Shown: one piece after another, positions 13,564-26,199 of the stretch
Layout: the number at the start of each line of letters is the position of its first letter
Numbering within the stretch: the stretch's first letter is position 1
Assembly: GCF_018350175.1 (NCBI RefSeq)
Contig: NC_058368.1
Coordinates: 87,608,001-87,672,000, forward strand
Direction: 5' to 3'
Origin: Felis catus
Taxonomy: Eukaryota
Length of the DNA: 64,000 nucleotides
Position numbers and translations under genes: made by a program
Notes under the pieces: generated by a model
The model's input: the letters and a program-made list of their open reading frames with translations, nothing else
Databases searched by the model: none
Told to the model about the DNA's origin: nothing

Positions 13564-14951
13564 TGGCACAAAAACAGACACATAGACCAATGGAATAGAA
13601 TAGAAACCCCAGAACTAGACCCACAAACGTATGGCCAACTCATCTTTGACAAAGCAGGAAAGAACATCCAATGGAAAAAAGACAGCCTCTTTAACAAATG
13701 GTGCTGGGAGAACTGGACAGCAACATGCAGAAGGTTGAAACTAGACCACTTTCTCACACCATTCACAAAAATAAACTCAAAATGGATAAAGGACCTAAAT
13801 GTGAGACAGGAAACCATCAAAACCTTAGAGGAGAAAGCAGGAAAAGACCTCTCTGGCCTCAGCCGTAGCAATCTCTTACTCAACACATCCCCAAAGGCAA
13901 GGGAATTAAAAGCAAAAGTGAATTACTGCGACCTTATGAAGATAAAAAGCTTCTGCACAGTAAAGGAAACAACCAACAAAACTAAAAGGCAACCAACGGA
14001 ATGGGAAAAGATATTCGCAAATGACATATCGGACAAAGGGCTAGTATCCAAAATCTATAAAGAGCTCACCAAACTCCACACCCGAAAAACAAATAACCCA
14101 GTGAAGAAATGGGCAGAAAACATGAATAGACACTTCTCTAAAGAAGACATCCGGATGGCCAACAGGCACATGAAAAGATGTTCAGCGTCGCTCCTTATCA
14201 GGGAAATACAAATCAAAACCACACTCAGGTATCACCTCACGCTAGTCAGAGTGGACAAAATGAACAAATCAGGAGACTATAGATGCTGGAGAGGATGTGG
14301 AGAAACGGGAACCCTCTTGCACTGTTGGTGGGAATGCAAATTGGTGCAGCCGCTCTGGAAAGCAGTGTGGAGGTTCCTCAGAAAATTAAAAATAGACCTA
14401 CCCTATGACCCAGCAATAGCACTGCTAGGAATTTATCCAAGGGATACAGGAGTACTGATGCATAGGACCACTTGTACCCCAATGTTCATAGCAGCACTCT
14501 CAACAATAGCCAAATTATGGAAAGAGCCTAAATGTCCATCAACTGATGAATGGATAAAGAAATTGTGGTTTATATACACAATGGAATTCTATGTGGCAAT
14601 GAGAAAAAATGAAATATGGCCTTTTGTAGCAACGTGGATGGAACTGGAGAGTGTGATGCTAAGTGAAATTAGCCATACAGAGAAAGACAGATACCATATG
14701 GTTTCACTCTTATGTGGATCCTGAGAAACTTAACAGGAACCCATGGGGGAGGGGAAGAAAAAAAAAAAGAGGTTAGAGTGCGAGAGAGCCAAAGCATAAG
14801 AGACTGTTAAAAACTGAGAACAAACTGAGGGTTGATGGGGGGTGGGAGGGAGGAGAGTGTGGGTGATGGGTATTGAGGAGGGCACCTTTTGGGATGAGCA
14901 CTGGGTGTTGTATGGAAACCAATTTGTCAATAAATTTCATATAAAAAAATA
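13564..14951 (+). mobile_element. Young 5'-truncated L1 (ORF2 C-terminus, 3'UTR, polyA)
   Basis: Open 329-aa ORF 13735-14724 with [18 protein letters not shown] zinc-knuckle; G-rich 3'UTR; TSD AAATAAATCAA (13553-13563 / 14952-14962). Confidence 0.97.
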
Positions 14952-16623
14952 AAATAAATCAACATAAAAAAATAAAATCTAGTTTGTCTGATATAAGTAT
15001 GGGTAGTCCAGCTTTCTTTCATCTTCCACTAGCATTATTGATAGTTCCCCATCTCCTTCATTTCAGTCTGCAGGTGTTTTTAGATCTTCAGTGAATCTCT
15101 TGTAGGCAGTGTATAGATAGATTTTGTTTCTTTATCCATATTTACACCCTATGTATTTTGATTTGAGCATTTAGTCCATTTACATTCAGAGTGATTCTTG
15201 AAAGATACAGACTTAGTGCCATTTTGTTGCCTGTAGAGTTGGTGTTTCCAGTGATGTTCTCTGGTCCTTTTTAGTCTTTGCTACTTTGGTCCTTTTTTTT
15301 CTCCACTCAGAGAGTCCCCCTTAAAATCTCCTGTAGAACTGGTTCAGTGGTCATGAACTCCTTTAGTTTTTGTTTGTCTGGGAAAGTCTTTATCTCTCCT
15401 TGTATTTTGAATGACAGTCTTGGTGGGTAAAGAAATCTTGGCTCCATATTTTCCCCATTCAGCATGTTGAATATTTCCTGCCACTACCTTCTAGCCTGCC
15501 AAGTTTCAGGGACAGTTTTGCTGCCAACCTTATGTGTCTACCCTCATGGGTTTTGAACCTTTTGTCCTGGTCTGCTTTCATAATTATCTCTTTATTTTTG
15601 TATTTTGCAAGTTTCAGTATGATATGTTGTGGTATTGGCCTGTTTTTGTTGATTTTGAAGGGAATTCTCTGTGCCTCTTGGACTTGGATGCCTGTTTCAG
15701 AGTTAGAGTTTGGTGAAATAAACCTTCTGCCCCTTTTTTTCCCTGCTCTTCTTCTGGAATTCCTATGATACGGATAGTGTTTTGCTTGATTGAATTGCTG
15801 TGTTCCTTAAGTCTTCTTTTGTGGTGTAATTGTTTTCTTTCCCTCCCTTTTTCAACTTTATTATTTTCCATTATTTTATCTTCTATATCACGTATTCTCT
15901 TCTCTGCTTCTTCAATCCTTGTTGTGAATATATCCAGTCAGTTTTGCATCTCATTTATAGCATTTTTTTACATTCCAGCCTGACTAGATTTTAGATCTTT
16001 TATCTCTACAGCAAGGGTTTCTCTGGTGTCTATATGCTTTTTTTTTTCAAACCCACTAGTAGTCTTATGACTGTTATTATAAATTCTTGTTAAAAAATAT
16101 TACTTATATTTGTTTTGAGCAAGTTCCTGTCTATGATTTCTTCTCGACTTTTTTTTTTTTTTTTTTTTTGAGGCGAATTCCTCCATCTTCTCACTTTGGC
16201 GAAGTTTCTGTCTTTTGCATGTTTTGAAAGCTAGTAATTTTTTCTTCACATGAGAGAAATGCTATATTAAAAAGAGGTCATCCACTGGCCAGGGCCTGAC
16301 ACTTCAAGAAGTGTTTCTGCTGTATACCATGTGAATTATGCTGTTGAGTTTTGGTTGCTCTTTCCCACTGGTTAGTCCTCTGCATGGGTCTTCCTTGCTT
16401 GCAGTGGGAATGTTTGGACCTTTAACTAGGTGTGCTTTGATTTGTTTGTTAAAATAAGTCTGGAAAAAAAGAATAAAGAGAAAAAAGACTGATCCCCCAA
16501 AAAGGGAGAAATGGCAAAAAAAAAAAAAAAAAAGAAATGAAACAAAAACGACAATCAAAAAAATAAGCCTGTTTCCAAATAAATGATGTAAAAAAGAAAA
16601 AAAGTTAGAAAAAGAAAAGAAAA

Positions 16624-16845
16624 GGGGCACCTGGGTGGTTCAGTCAGTTAAGCGTCCGACTTCGGCTCAGGTCATGATCTCACAGTTCTTGGGTTGGAGC
16701 CCCACATCGGGCTCTGTGCTAACAGCTCAGAGCCTGGAGCCTGCTTTGGATTCTGTGTCTCCCTCTCTCTCTGTTCCTCCCCCGCTCATGCTTTCTCTCT
16801 CTTTCTCCTTCAAAAATAAATAAAAACATTAAAAAAATTTTTTAA
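16624..16845 (+). mobile_element. Can-SINE
   Basis: GGGGCACCTGGGTGGTTCAGTCAGTTAAG head, CT tract, A-rich tail. Confidence 0.95.
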
Positions 16846-18894
16846 GAAAAATAAAAGAAAAAAAGGAGCCTGATGCATAAAAAAAGAGAAAAGGGAATTA
16901 AAAAAATGCCCTAACAAACAAACCAAAAACTATGAGCCTAATTCCAAAAGAAGAAAAGAAGAATACATTTTTAAAAAAGTCAACCTGGTCCTATTTCCAC
17001 CAGAACTGCTGGTGGTGCTTTGAAGCACTCTATTTTCAGTGCACTTGGTCTATGTGGGGTGCTGCCTGTGCTTGTCTTCTGGAAGAGGGGCCCATTTCAT
17101 TCAGTCAGAGTCAGTCTTGCCATAGTAAACAAACAGTCCTGGGCACAAGAGGGTGGGGTTTTGTGTAAGGAGATTCTACTTCTACTGGGGGCCGCTGTAT
17201 TGCTCTCTTAAGTCTCACTGGGTTGGTATTCAGGGGAAAACAGTGCCACCCCAATCTCTGGTCCCCAGATATGGTATCCTCCACCCCCACTGTTCAGGAA
17301 GGCTCACAGAACAGGGAGAGCAGTCAGCACGCCCTGGGCCACAGGTCTCCTGCAGTTTTTCTTTGTTGCGTGTTTGGGATTCAAAACTCTAAATCTTAAA
17401 GGACTTGGCACTAAGTGGACCCACTGCCTCCTCTGGAGTAGAGACTCTCCATGCTGTGTCTGATGTCCTTTGTCCATGAAACACTGTTCCATACCTACAT
17501 GGTGTGCAGAATCTATGGTGTAGTACCCCTAAAAGCAGCAACAAGGTTATATTCTTTCCATGCCCACCTCTGTCTCCTGTTGATGAAAGGCCTATTTCTG
17601 GCTCCTGCAGGGTCTCTTGTCCTTGGAGAAGCAATATACCTTCTTCCCAAAGTACTCCAGGAAGGGTAATGTTCTTTCCCAGTGTGCCTCAGAGATCTCT
17701 AAACCATGATATGTATTCTGGGGCTAGCTCCCTCTTTCCCAGGAGTGCACGCCATAGCTATGCTCCAGAGAAAGCCACACACACTTCCAAAACCTCAGAG
17801 TTTGAATTCCACATGATATTTGCAATAAAACCTGTGGCAGTAAGTACTTCTTGCTCCCCAATCCATGGTCCAGAGTGGCTTTCTTTTTATGCAAACCTGA
17901 TGCTGCACTCTGTCTCAAGCTCTCTCACTTTCTCTTCCTTTGGTCTCTCCTTGGAAAAAGTTTCCTCCTTCCATGGCTCTGTCATTTTTCTTTCTCCAAT
18001 TTACATCTACACACCTTGAACCTGCCATGCTGTCTCTCTCCAGCTGTGGAGATCCTCCTGCCAGTCCAAAGATAAATTTCCTGAGTGTTCTAAGTGATCT
18101 GACCTCAATACAGCTGTATTTGAGGGATGAAGAAAGTCCAGGGTGCCCCTACTTTTTTGCCATCTTAGCTCCTCCCAACCATGTTAGGCTTTATTGTAAA
18201 CATGGTGCATGTATATATGGCCATGATACTTAATAGTTTATAATAAAGAATGTATAGATTCATAATAAATAACAAATTAGCAAATTCTCAATAACATAAG
18301 GTGACATTAAAATAATAAAAATCAGCTGATTGAGTGTACAATAAAAAACATAAATAAGGTTAAGTAACTTTATTCAAATATTGGTTAATCGAGAAAAATG
18401 CACATTTTATACAAATTAAAAAAAAGGACATTATTTTCAAATATCATATATAGATATTTTAAATGGAAATGCTTTCTTTAGGCCTAAATAAAACATTGAA
18501 TTAATGACAGAAGAAATCCAATAGGTCATATCTTCTGGGCACCGTGAAATGAATAGAAACTATCAATTTACAGTAGAAACTATCAATTTAAGTATAATTA
18601 TAAAATACCTAACCCCATGCAAATTTCAATTAACACTCTTTGTTTATTTTAGATTAAACATAAAATATAAAGATAAGGAAGTGCTAATGAAGACATTCAA
18701 AGATTGAAGAAAAATACATGAATTCAAGTAAATAAATTTCTATTAGTTTAATCTTACAAAAATGCAGTAATTCTGGCCACACATAGTTACTATTAACTTC
18801 ACTGGAATATAATCATTTCAGAAATTTTTGCAAAGCATAGATTAATTTTCTACCATTAAAAAATTACATTCTAGATCTTATGATGATACTTAAA

Positions 18895-18970
18895 CTTAAA
18901 CTTCTTCATTTGAAAAACATCACTGAATATACTAATATTCAGTGATGTTTTTCAAATGAAGAAGTTTAAG
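18895..18970. repeat. Perfect inverted repeat, 36-bp arms, 4-nt spacer
   Basis: CTTAAACTTCTTCATTTGAAAAACATCACTGAATAT-acta-ATATTCAGTGATGTTTTTCAAATGAAGAAGTTTAAG. Confidence 0.97.
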
Positions 18971-20039
18971 ATTACTTATGAGATGTTGTAGTTCACAAAC
19001 AATATATGTGAAACATTTACTTATGTGTACACTGTTGATATTTGTGTTGGGGGAAAATATACAATCTAAAAAAAATTTTAATGTTATTAGCCAAAATCCT
19101 CAGGATATGAAAGAATATTTAAAATGGTCAATAAGAAAATATCAGAACACTCCAGGAATAAAATCAAATTCAGTGAATGATCTTGAGAAGTAATGAAACT
19201 AAGAAGCAAATTCTCCATTCAGAGGCTAGCTGATTTAAAGGTTTTTAAGTCCACATAGTTTATCCAACAAACCACAGGGAAAATGCAATAAGCAAAGAAA
19301 CTGTGACTGTAGACATCCAAAATGTGGTATCTGCCAAACCTGAGAACCAAATTAAAAATAATAAACAAAAGAAAAAAAATCATGAATAAAGTTTCAGTAG
19401 AAATTACCTGTCATATAAACTTCAAATATTGGAAGTACATTTAATGTTTAACATACGGGGAAAATAGGAAACTAAAATAAGGTGAAAAGAACAAGAAACT
19501 ATAGCCTGGCAAGCCATATTTGAAACAGTCAAATAGAAATTTAAAAATTGAGAATATTTAATATACAGTATATGGGTAAACATTATATTAGACTGAGCTG
19601 ATGGGATCAATAGTGAACAGAAATAATAAGCAAAATTAATTTAGCAGAATACATTAAATTGAAGCAAATTAATAGAAAATACAAATATACTTATGTATAC
19701 ATAGGCCTACAAGAATAAAAATAAAGTATTAATTATCTCATTCTCATATACAAAAGAGAAAGGTAATGTTAAAAGAATTGGCTAGTTAATATTTCTAAAA
19801 TTGAAACCATATGTGAATCGTTGAATTCAAAGTTGAAATGTTACAAAGTTACAAATAATTAGAAGAAATAACAATCTGCATAACACCTAAGACGAGGAAA
19901 ACACTTAAAACTGGTGCAAAAGCTTGGTATAGAGCCTGAAAACAGAGACATAAATATGAATATTTCTGAAGGATTACTACTTAAGGTAGGATTGGATGCT
20001 TAGCTAAAATATCTTTAATGACAGGAAAAGAAGTGAAAA

Positions 20040-20275
20040 GGATTGAGGTACAAACTTTCAGTTATAAAATAAACAAGTCACAGGAATGTAATGTACAGTG
20101 TAGGGAACATAGTCACTAATATTGTAATAATTCTGTATAGTGACAGGTGATAGCTAGCCTTATTAAGGTGATTGTTTTGTAGTGTATAAAAATATTGAAT
20201 CACTAGGTTGCATACCTGAAAGTAATGCAATATTGTGTGTCAATTATAAATCATTTAAAAATTTTAAAAATTAGA
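20040..20275 (+). mobile_element. Old L1 (L1MA-like) 3' terminal fragment
   Basis: GGTACAAACTTTCAGTTATAAAATAAACAAGTCACAGG..GTTGCATACCTGAAAGTAATGCAATATTGTGTGTCAATTATA, typical older eutherian L1 3' end. Confidence 0.75.
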
Positions 20276-20534
20276 AAATAACAGGGTAAATTAAAATATT
20301 TAGAAAATTAAAAACACTGAGATATTTGATTCTCAGTAGTAGTTTCTTAAGAAGTTTCTTGAAGAAGAAAGAAAGAAATGTTTTCCTGTATGAAGGTAAA
20401 ATAAAAATGAGAGAAAGAGGCTTCTTATGAGAATATCAAATCAGTAGTGGACATTGAACAAAGGAATCACATAGCCTTTGGCAATATCAACTTCAAAAAA
20501 TATTTAGATAAAATACACGTGTAATTTCATATAT

Positions 20535-20540
20535 TTTATT
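20535..20540 (-). terminator. Candidate polyadenylation signal of V1R
   Basis: AATAAA on minus strand ~75 nt after the stop codon; AT-rich context makes a chance match possible. Confidence 0.35.
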
Positions 20541-20613
20541 CCAATAAGGTTTAAAGATTTTGCAGTCTTTAAACAATTTAACTGATGGTGGAAAAATCTT
20601 ACAGAAAACTTTT

Positions 20614-21578
20614 CTAGTAAAAACTTGTTAAAAATTGATCACACTTTTGTTGCAAATTTAGCAGAATATTGATTATCTTTTTATCAGAGCAGATTTGTAC
20701 CAAAGGACTGACAGTTGCATTAGCATTGAGCACAAACCTCTGGACACTCAGCAGGACTGGGTCAGATGTCCATACCAGAGTTGAGGAAAATGAGATGATG
20801 ACGTCCAACCATGTACTGACATGACCACAAAAAAGCTCACCAGCAGCAAGATGACCTTAGTGGCCCTTTTTTTCTGGGGAAACTCTTGAGGCGAAGTTGG
20901 TGCTGTGAAATTGGACCGTTTTTTATGCCTAAACAAGAGAATCACCATGTATGCACTTGAACACAGCATAATTCCTACAAAGAAGACATCCCTGGAAAAT
21001 GTCAGGGTGAAAAATATTCCTCAAATGATAGAGTTCATGAAGGAAATTTAGCAGTATTTACTGACATTTAGTAGATTGGTCTGGATCCCATTGGAAGAAG
21101 CTTCAGTGTCAAAAATAATGCTTCTACTGAAAAATAAATTGAGGGACCATAGAAAGAAGCAAATATGCATAATGTAATTAGTAAGTTTATGTTTAAATCT
21201 GGCCTACCAGAAGTTGTTGGGGCTCATGGTGATGGCCTGAAACACACTCAGGAGGCAGGTGGTGCAGAGGGAAAGACCTCTAAGCACCCTGTTCATGTAA
21301 AAAAAACGCCTTACATTTAAAGTTATTCCAAAAATTTAGTAAGCCAAACAAATCTGGAGAATACCCCGGTACAGGGAGGAACAACAGAATGTGGATAAAT
21401 GCTAAGTGACAGGTGAACTGGCCAGCAGGCTTCGACTTGTGGTCCAGAATAGTGTGAAGATGCAGAAGAAAAAGAGAAAGATGTTGGCAAAGAGACCAAT
21501 ACCAGCTTGCAAACAAAACACATTTTTAAATAGTGACACAAATGAAAAATGATCTTTGTAATGGCATAGATGAAACAT
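20614..21578 (-). pseudogene. Vomeronasal type-1 receptor (V1R/VN1R family) pseudogene
   Basis: Minus-strand translation gives V1R hallmarks: QAGIGLFANIFL (TM1), TCHLAFIHI, MNRVLRGLSLCTTCLLSVFQAITMSP (RGLS..SP at 21281-21219), SAYMVILLFRHKK, KRATKVILLLVSFFVV, NANATVSPLVQICSDKKII; ~965 bp single exon; in-frame stops at 21204-21206 and 21048-21050 plus several frameshifts. Confidence 0.95.
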
Positions 21579-21589
21579 ATTTTGTTTTC

Positions 21590-21605
21590 CTGAAAAAAAA
21601 ACATA
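21590..21605 (-). promoter_or_regulatory. Splice acceptor for the V1R coding exon
   Basis: Minus strand reads TGTTTTTTTTTCAG|GAAAACAAAATATG; the AG lies 11 nt upstream of the candidate ATG at 21578. Confidence 0.65.
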
Positions 21606-23002
21606 GACCCCTCAACATCAAAATTATTTCTTTAGTAGTCAAAATTATCAACACTATTATGACTTTTATTTTGCTAACTATTCTTCATTAACCTTGAGTA
21701 TCTCATATAAATTTTTGGCAGCAGGTTCTGCATTATATTCTATATCAAATAATTTATGATAAATTTATAATAAAACACTGTTATCATAATTACAATTCTG
21801 CCTTTACATGGTATATATCATCTATACACCTCTTGCACCTGGGCCTCTTGGCTTTGGAATGCATAACTTTAATGGTTCTTCTCCTCTCATTTTATATTTA
21901 GCACCTGAAACATCCATAGGCATATTAAATTTCTCAGAACTATATTTATTAAACTATATTTAACAAAATTTTATGATAATGGGGGAAACATTACAAAATA
22001 TGCAACTGAAAAAATACCTAGTTGAGTTATCCTGACATCTCATAATTTTGACATTTTTCTATTTTTTATCATTCTTATATGTTTATGGAGTCTTGCGATT
22101 GTAATAAACCAAACCTAATAATTCAAGATAAGTGTTTTATTTTAAACCAGCAGTTTAGCAAACCTAATCCCATATGAAAAATTTGCCATGAAAATAAGTG
22201 GAATCCAGTATATGAAGAATGAGACATTAACATCATTTGGAGGAGATGTTCTTGTGCCCACAAACCCTATTAATTTTACCATATAAAACTGTCTCTGGCT
22301 ATAATACATCTTCTATTTTTGTCAATTGAACTAAGTGCAGTGCATAACCGGAAGCACAATGTTTAGGGACAAGGATATTTATTATAGTAAGTCATTTACT
22401 TTTCTGAATCCTTGGAGGAAGTAAAAGCAAGAAAATTATCACTGCAAAAGTAGGATACAGGAAAAACATTTGTGGGTCTTGATCACAGATCCTTTTCCAT
22501 TAATTTTGGGAACACTAGAAATCCTGTGTGATAGTGTTTTCTTTTCTGATTACCACAGCAAAGAAGATGTCACCAAAATACATTTTTTTTTCTAAAGGTG
22601 TTCAAAGTCTTTTACTTTTATTACCTTTTGTACAACAGTAATCATAAGATGAGAGTCATACCAACTATGTTAAATTTTGAATTTGGAGGCACATTTGTAA
22701 ATTGGAATTTGAGGGATTCTGTCTTCTGTTCTCCACTTATGCTGATTAGCATCAGTTGTTCCCTCCACTCTTCCTTAAATGTATGAAATGCAGACTTTTA
22801 ACATAAGTGATTTAATTTTTCTAGTGATCATAGCATAGATATTCTCTACTGTTAAATTTTCTTGAGGGATTGATGCCTTCATGCATCAAACAATTATTAT
22901 GATTATGTTTTCTTTTTTTCCCCCCTTTCTGTTTTCAACCTGTCCTAACTCCATTGGTTCTGTCTTCCAATTTAAGAGACACAGGGACTAGAAGGAACTA
23001 TT

Positions 23003-23495
23003 TTTTTTTAATGTATTTATTGTTTAATTTACATCCAAGTTAGTTAGCATATGGTGCAACAATGATTTCAGGAGTAGATTCCTTAATGTCCCTTACCCAT
23101 TTATACCATCCCCCCCCACAACTCCTCCAGCAACCCTCTGTTCTCTATACTTAAGAGCCTTTTATGTTTTGTCCCCCTCCCTGTTTTTATATTATTTTTG
23201 CTTCCCTTTCCTATGTTCATATGTTTTATATCTTAAATTCCTCATATGAGTGAAGTCATGATATTTGTTTTTGACTGACTAATTTCACTTAGCAGTTCCA
23301 TCCACGTAGTTGCAAATGGCAAGATTTCATTCTTTTTGATTACCGAGTAATACTCCATTGTACATATATACCACATCTTCTTTATCCATTCATCTGTTGA
23401 TGGATATTTGGGCTCTTTTCATACTTTGGTTATTGTCAATAGTGCTGCTATAAACATTGGGGTGCATGTGCCCCTTCGAAATAGCACACCTATAT
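23003..23495 (-). mobile_element. 5'-truncated L1 3' end with TSD
   Basis: Poly-T plus felid L1 3'UTR; TSD TAGAAGGAA(C/T)TATT at 22989-23002 and 23496-23509. Confidence 0.93.
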
Positions 23496-23675
23496 TAGAA
23501 GGAATTATTCTTAATGAAACCACATTGTAGCTTCTAAGTTATGACAACAAAATTGAACTATATTTGTCACATTTGTGAATGTATGTTTTAATTAGAAAAT
23601 TACAAGTGAAATTTTCACAAAAAAAATAGGGATGCAAAATTTACTGGATTTTTTTCTACAATAAGAAAGTGGTAT

Positions 23676-24467
23676 TGTGGGGGGATAAGATTAGAAATCC
23701 CCCGGGCTTACACCAGTGGGTTAACAAGGCATAAAGAAACACAGAGTCATAAAATGCTCACACCTGAGTTCGGGAAAAGCAGATGATCACTCCAAGAATA
23801 GGGAGGTGCAAAGGCACCCCAAAATAAGGAGAGGATGCTGAGCCCCCCAAAATAGGGAGAGGCAAAGGTCTGAAATAGAATCAGTGCAAAAAAAGGTGCC
23901 CAGTACATAGGAATAACAAGAGTAGATATTCAGGGTGGAAGCACCCCAAATTTAGTACTATAGCAGAAAGCTGCTTTCATAGGAGAATAGGGCCAGGTTA
24001 GGTAAATTGGTGAATTGGACTTTGGATTGCTGCACTGCAGGTGAAGCAGCCCAGAGTGGAGATGGTTAACAAAAGAAAATGTGCCTTGTCAACCCTGAGG
24101 TTATTCCCCCTGTCTCATCCCCTAGGCTGACAAAGATAAACAGGTAGGGCACCTCCTGTCTGCTGTTAACAACCATCTACTCATCTGCCAGGCGCCAGGA
24201 TTTTGTTTTATGTTGACCCAAACCCCAAACACTATATATCTTCAAAACCCCCTTTTCCCCCTCATATCCTCAAGTTAATGTTCATAGTTTCTTTGTCTCT
24301 TTGTGCACGCACATCATGTTTGTAAGACTTCTGATCTGAATAAATATGGGGCAAGGACCCTTATTCAGGGCTCTTGTCTTTTTCTGGACATTAACCATCT
24401 CTCATTTTAATACTGCGTCTGCTCTTTTGCTAGACCAAAGAGAACTTTAGACTTAGAGTCTACAACA
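23676..24467 (+). mobile_element. Solo endogenous retrovirus LTR (792 bp), probably class II/ERVK-like
   Basis: TG...CA termini (TGTGG...CAACA); 6-bp TSD TGGTAT at 23670-23675 and 24468-24473; TATA-like at 24233-24239; AATAAA at 24339-24344; repeated CCCCAAAATA(A/G)GGAGAGG motif in U3. Confidence 0.9.
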
Positions 24468-25378
24468 TGGTATATTCTCAAATTTTTGCAAATTATTATT
24501 TTCTTAGTGCTAAGCACTATTACCCAAATATTAAAATATCTTCTAAATTTTAGCTGATAAAATATAAAATACTGAAATTGAATTTATATTAAAGAAGTAT
24601 TTGAAATCATGATGAGTATTATAAGCTTCCATTGTTGTAATGTAGTCATTTTTTTTAAGTATGTGAAAGTCAGAATTTATTGTAATTTTACTTTTCTGGC
24701 TTTAGAGAAAGACAAATTATATTTAAAATATATTTCTTAGCTCGTTTTCAAATGAGAATATTTTATACATTTGACATTGGCTCATAATACAATGACAATC
24801 TTAAATATTTTAAAATATTAGTTCACTGGATGTCTTCGCAGGTTTCTAATATGATTAGTCATGTTAAAAAAAATAATAAAACCAGGCCACTACCAAAATG
24901 TACAAATGAATTTTGAACAACAAACACCACTATCAAATTTTTGTAAGAATGTAATAAGAAAATATTGTGAAGCAGCTTTAGAAGATCAAAATATAATGCT
25001 GACTTTTAAAATACCAATGGTTAAGATGAAATAATGTAGTCATTTATATGAAGATTTGATAAATGGTGAAGGTTATATTTTGTGACAGTTGTGTGATAAT
25101 CAGAAAAGAAGTACTGTATTAACAATTACTGTAACAGAATCAAAAAGTGATTTTTATTATATCCTGCTAAAAAGTAATTAATTTTAAATGTTGAAAAAGT
25201 CATATTTCATGATATCATAATTTTAAATGGATTTCAGATATTACAATATATTAAATTTCACCAAATTTATAACAAAGTAGTGCGAGTAAACCCTTCTGAA
25301 TTAGTTTATAAACCTTGGGTTTTAAACTATGAAATTTCATTTAAATATATACAGTAAGTTAAAAATGAGAAAATTTCT

Positions 25379-25590
25379 TTAAAAATTTTTTAATGTTTAT
25401 TTTTGAGAGGGAGAGAGACAGAATGTGAGCAGGGGAGGGGAGCAGATAGAGGGAGACACAGAATCCAAAGCAGGCTCCAGGCTCTGAGCTCTCAGCACAG
25501 AGCTCAATGTGGGGCTTGAACTCACGAACCACAAGATCATGCCCTGAGCCAAAGTTGGACGCTTAACCGATTGAGCTACCTAGGCACCCC
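25379..25590 (-). mobile_element. Can-SINE with TSD
   Basis: 18-bp TSD AAAAATGAGAAAATTTCT at 25361-25378 and 25591-25608. Confidence 0.97.
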
Positions 25591-25869
25591 AAAAATGAGA
25601 AAATTTCTAAACTGAATAATTATTATATGCAATTGCAATTCAAATACAATATCACAAAATGGCAAAAGTCCTTTCAAAAATCTATAAATGCATGGCCTTA
25701 TAAGATTCATTAACTTGACTTTTTCATTTGGAATACCAACGGTATTTAATTATGACTATGGTTTCTAAGATTGAAGTTAAAGAGACTTCACCTAACCTTC
25801 CACTGAGAAAATCCTGCCTCTTTTCACCACCCACCCAGAGTCCTCAGTTCTCACTGTTAGCAAATAGAC

Positions 25870-26157
25870 ACTCACCCAGATGAGTCTTTAAAGTGAGTTG
25901 TACATGTAGGTGAGATCTGTAAGACATATTTATAAGAAATTAATGCTGTCATCTCATCTCCCTTCAGACCCATAATTGTCATGTCAACTGAAGAAGACAA
26001 ACCCTGACCTTGTGATTGTTGCAGAAAGAAACCTCTGGAGGGAAATCTGAACTTTCCTCATTCCTGGAAAACAGCAGGCTTGGAGCAACTGAGTTTCAAA
26101 CTTTTTCACGTAAGAGATCGGTTTCCTAGGTTACCTGGGCCTGGAGTGTTTTTATGG

Positions 26158-26199
<42 letters not shown>

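Larger units (their letters stand above)
3525..18175 (-). mobile_element. Older near-full-length L1 acting as host for nested insertions (pieces ~3525-5115, 10335-10790, 12380-13382, 14975-18175)
   Basis: Colinear 3'UTR-ORF2-ORF1-5'UTR pieces; ORF 12925-13284 = EN domain (NIYVPN..APKYI, HGPFSRID); ORF 15614-15871 = ORF1; 5' terminus GCCATCTT at ~18158-18165 (AAGATGGC YY1 motif on minus). Confidence 0.8.

Noticed and set aside
17504..18019. 171-aa plus-strand ORF
   Set aside because: Lies antisense within an old L1 5'UTR; no protein family signal
18553..18590. Direct repeat TAGAAACTATCAATTTA x2
   Set aside because: Simple 20-bp-period tandem duplication in decayed sequence; no further structure
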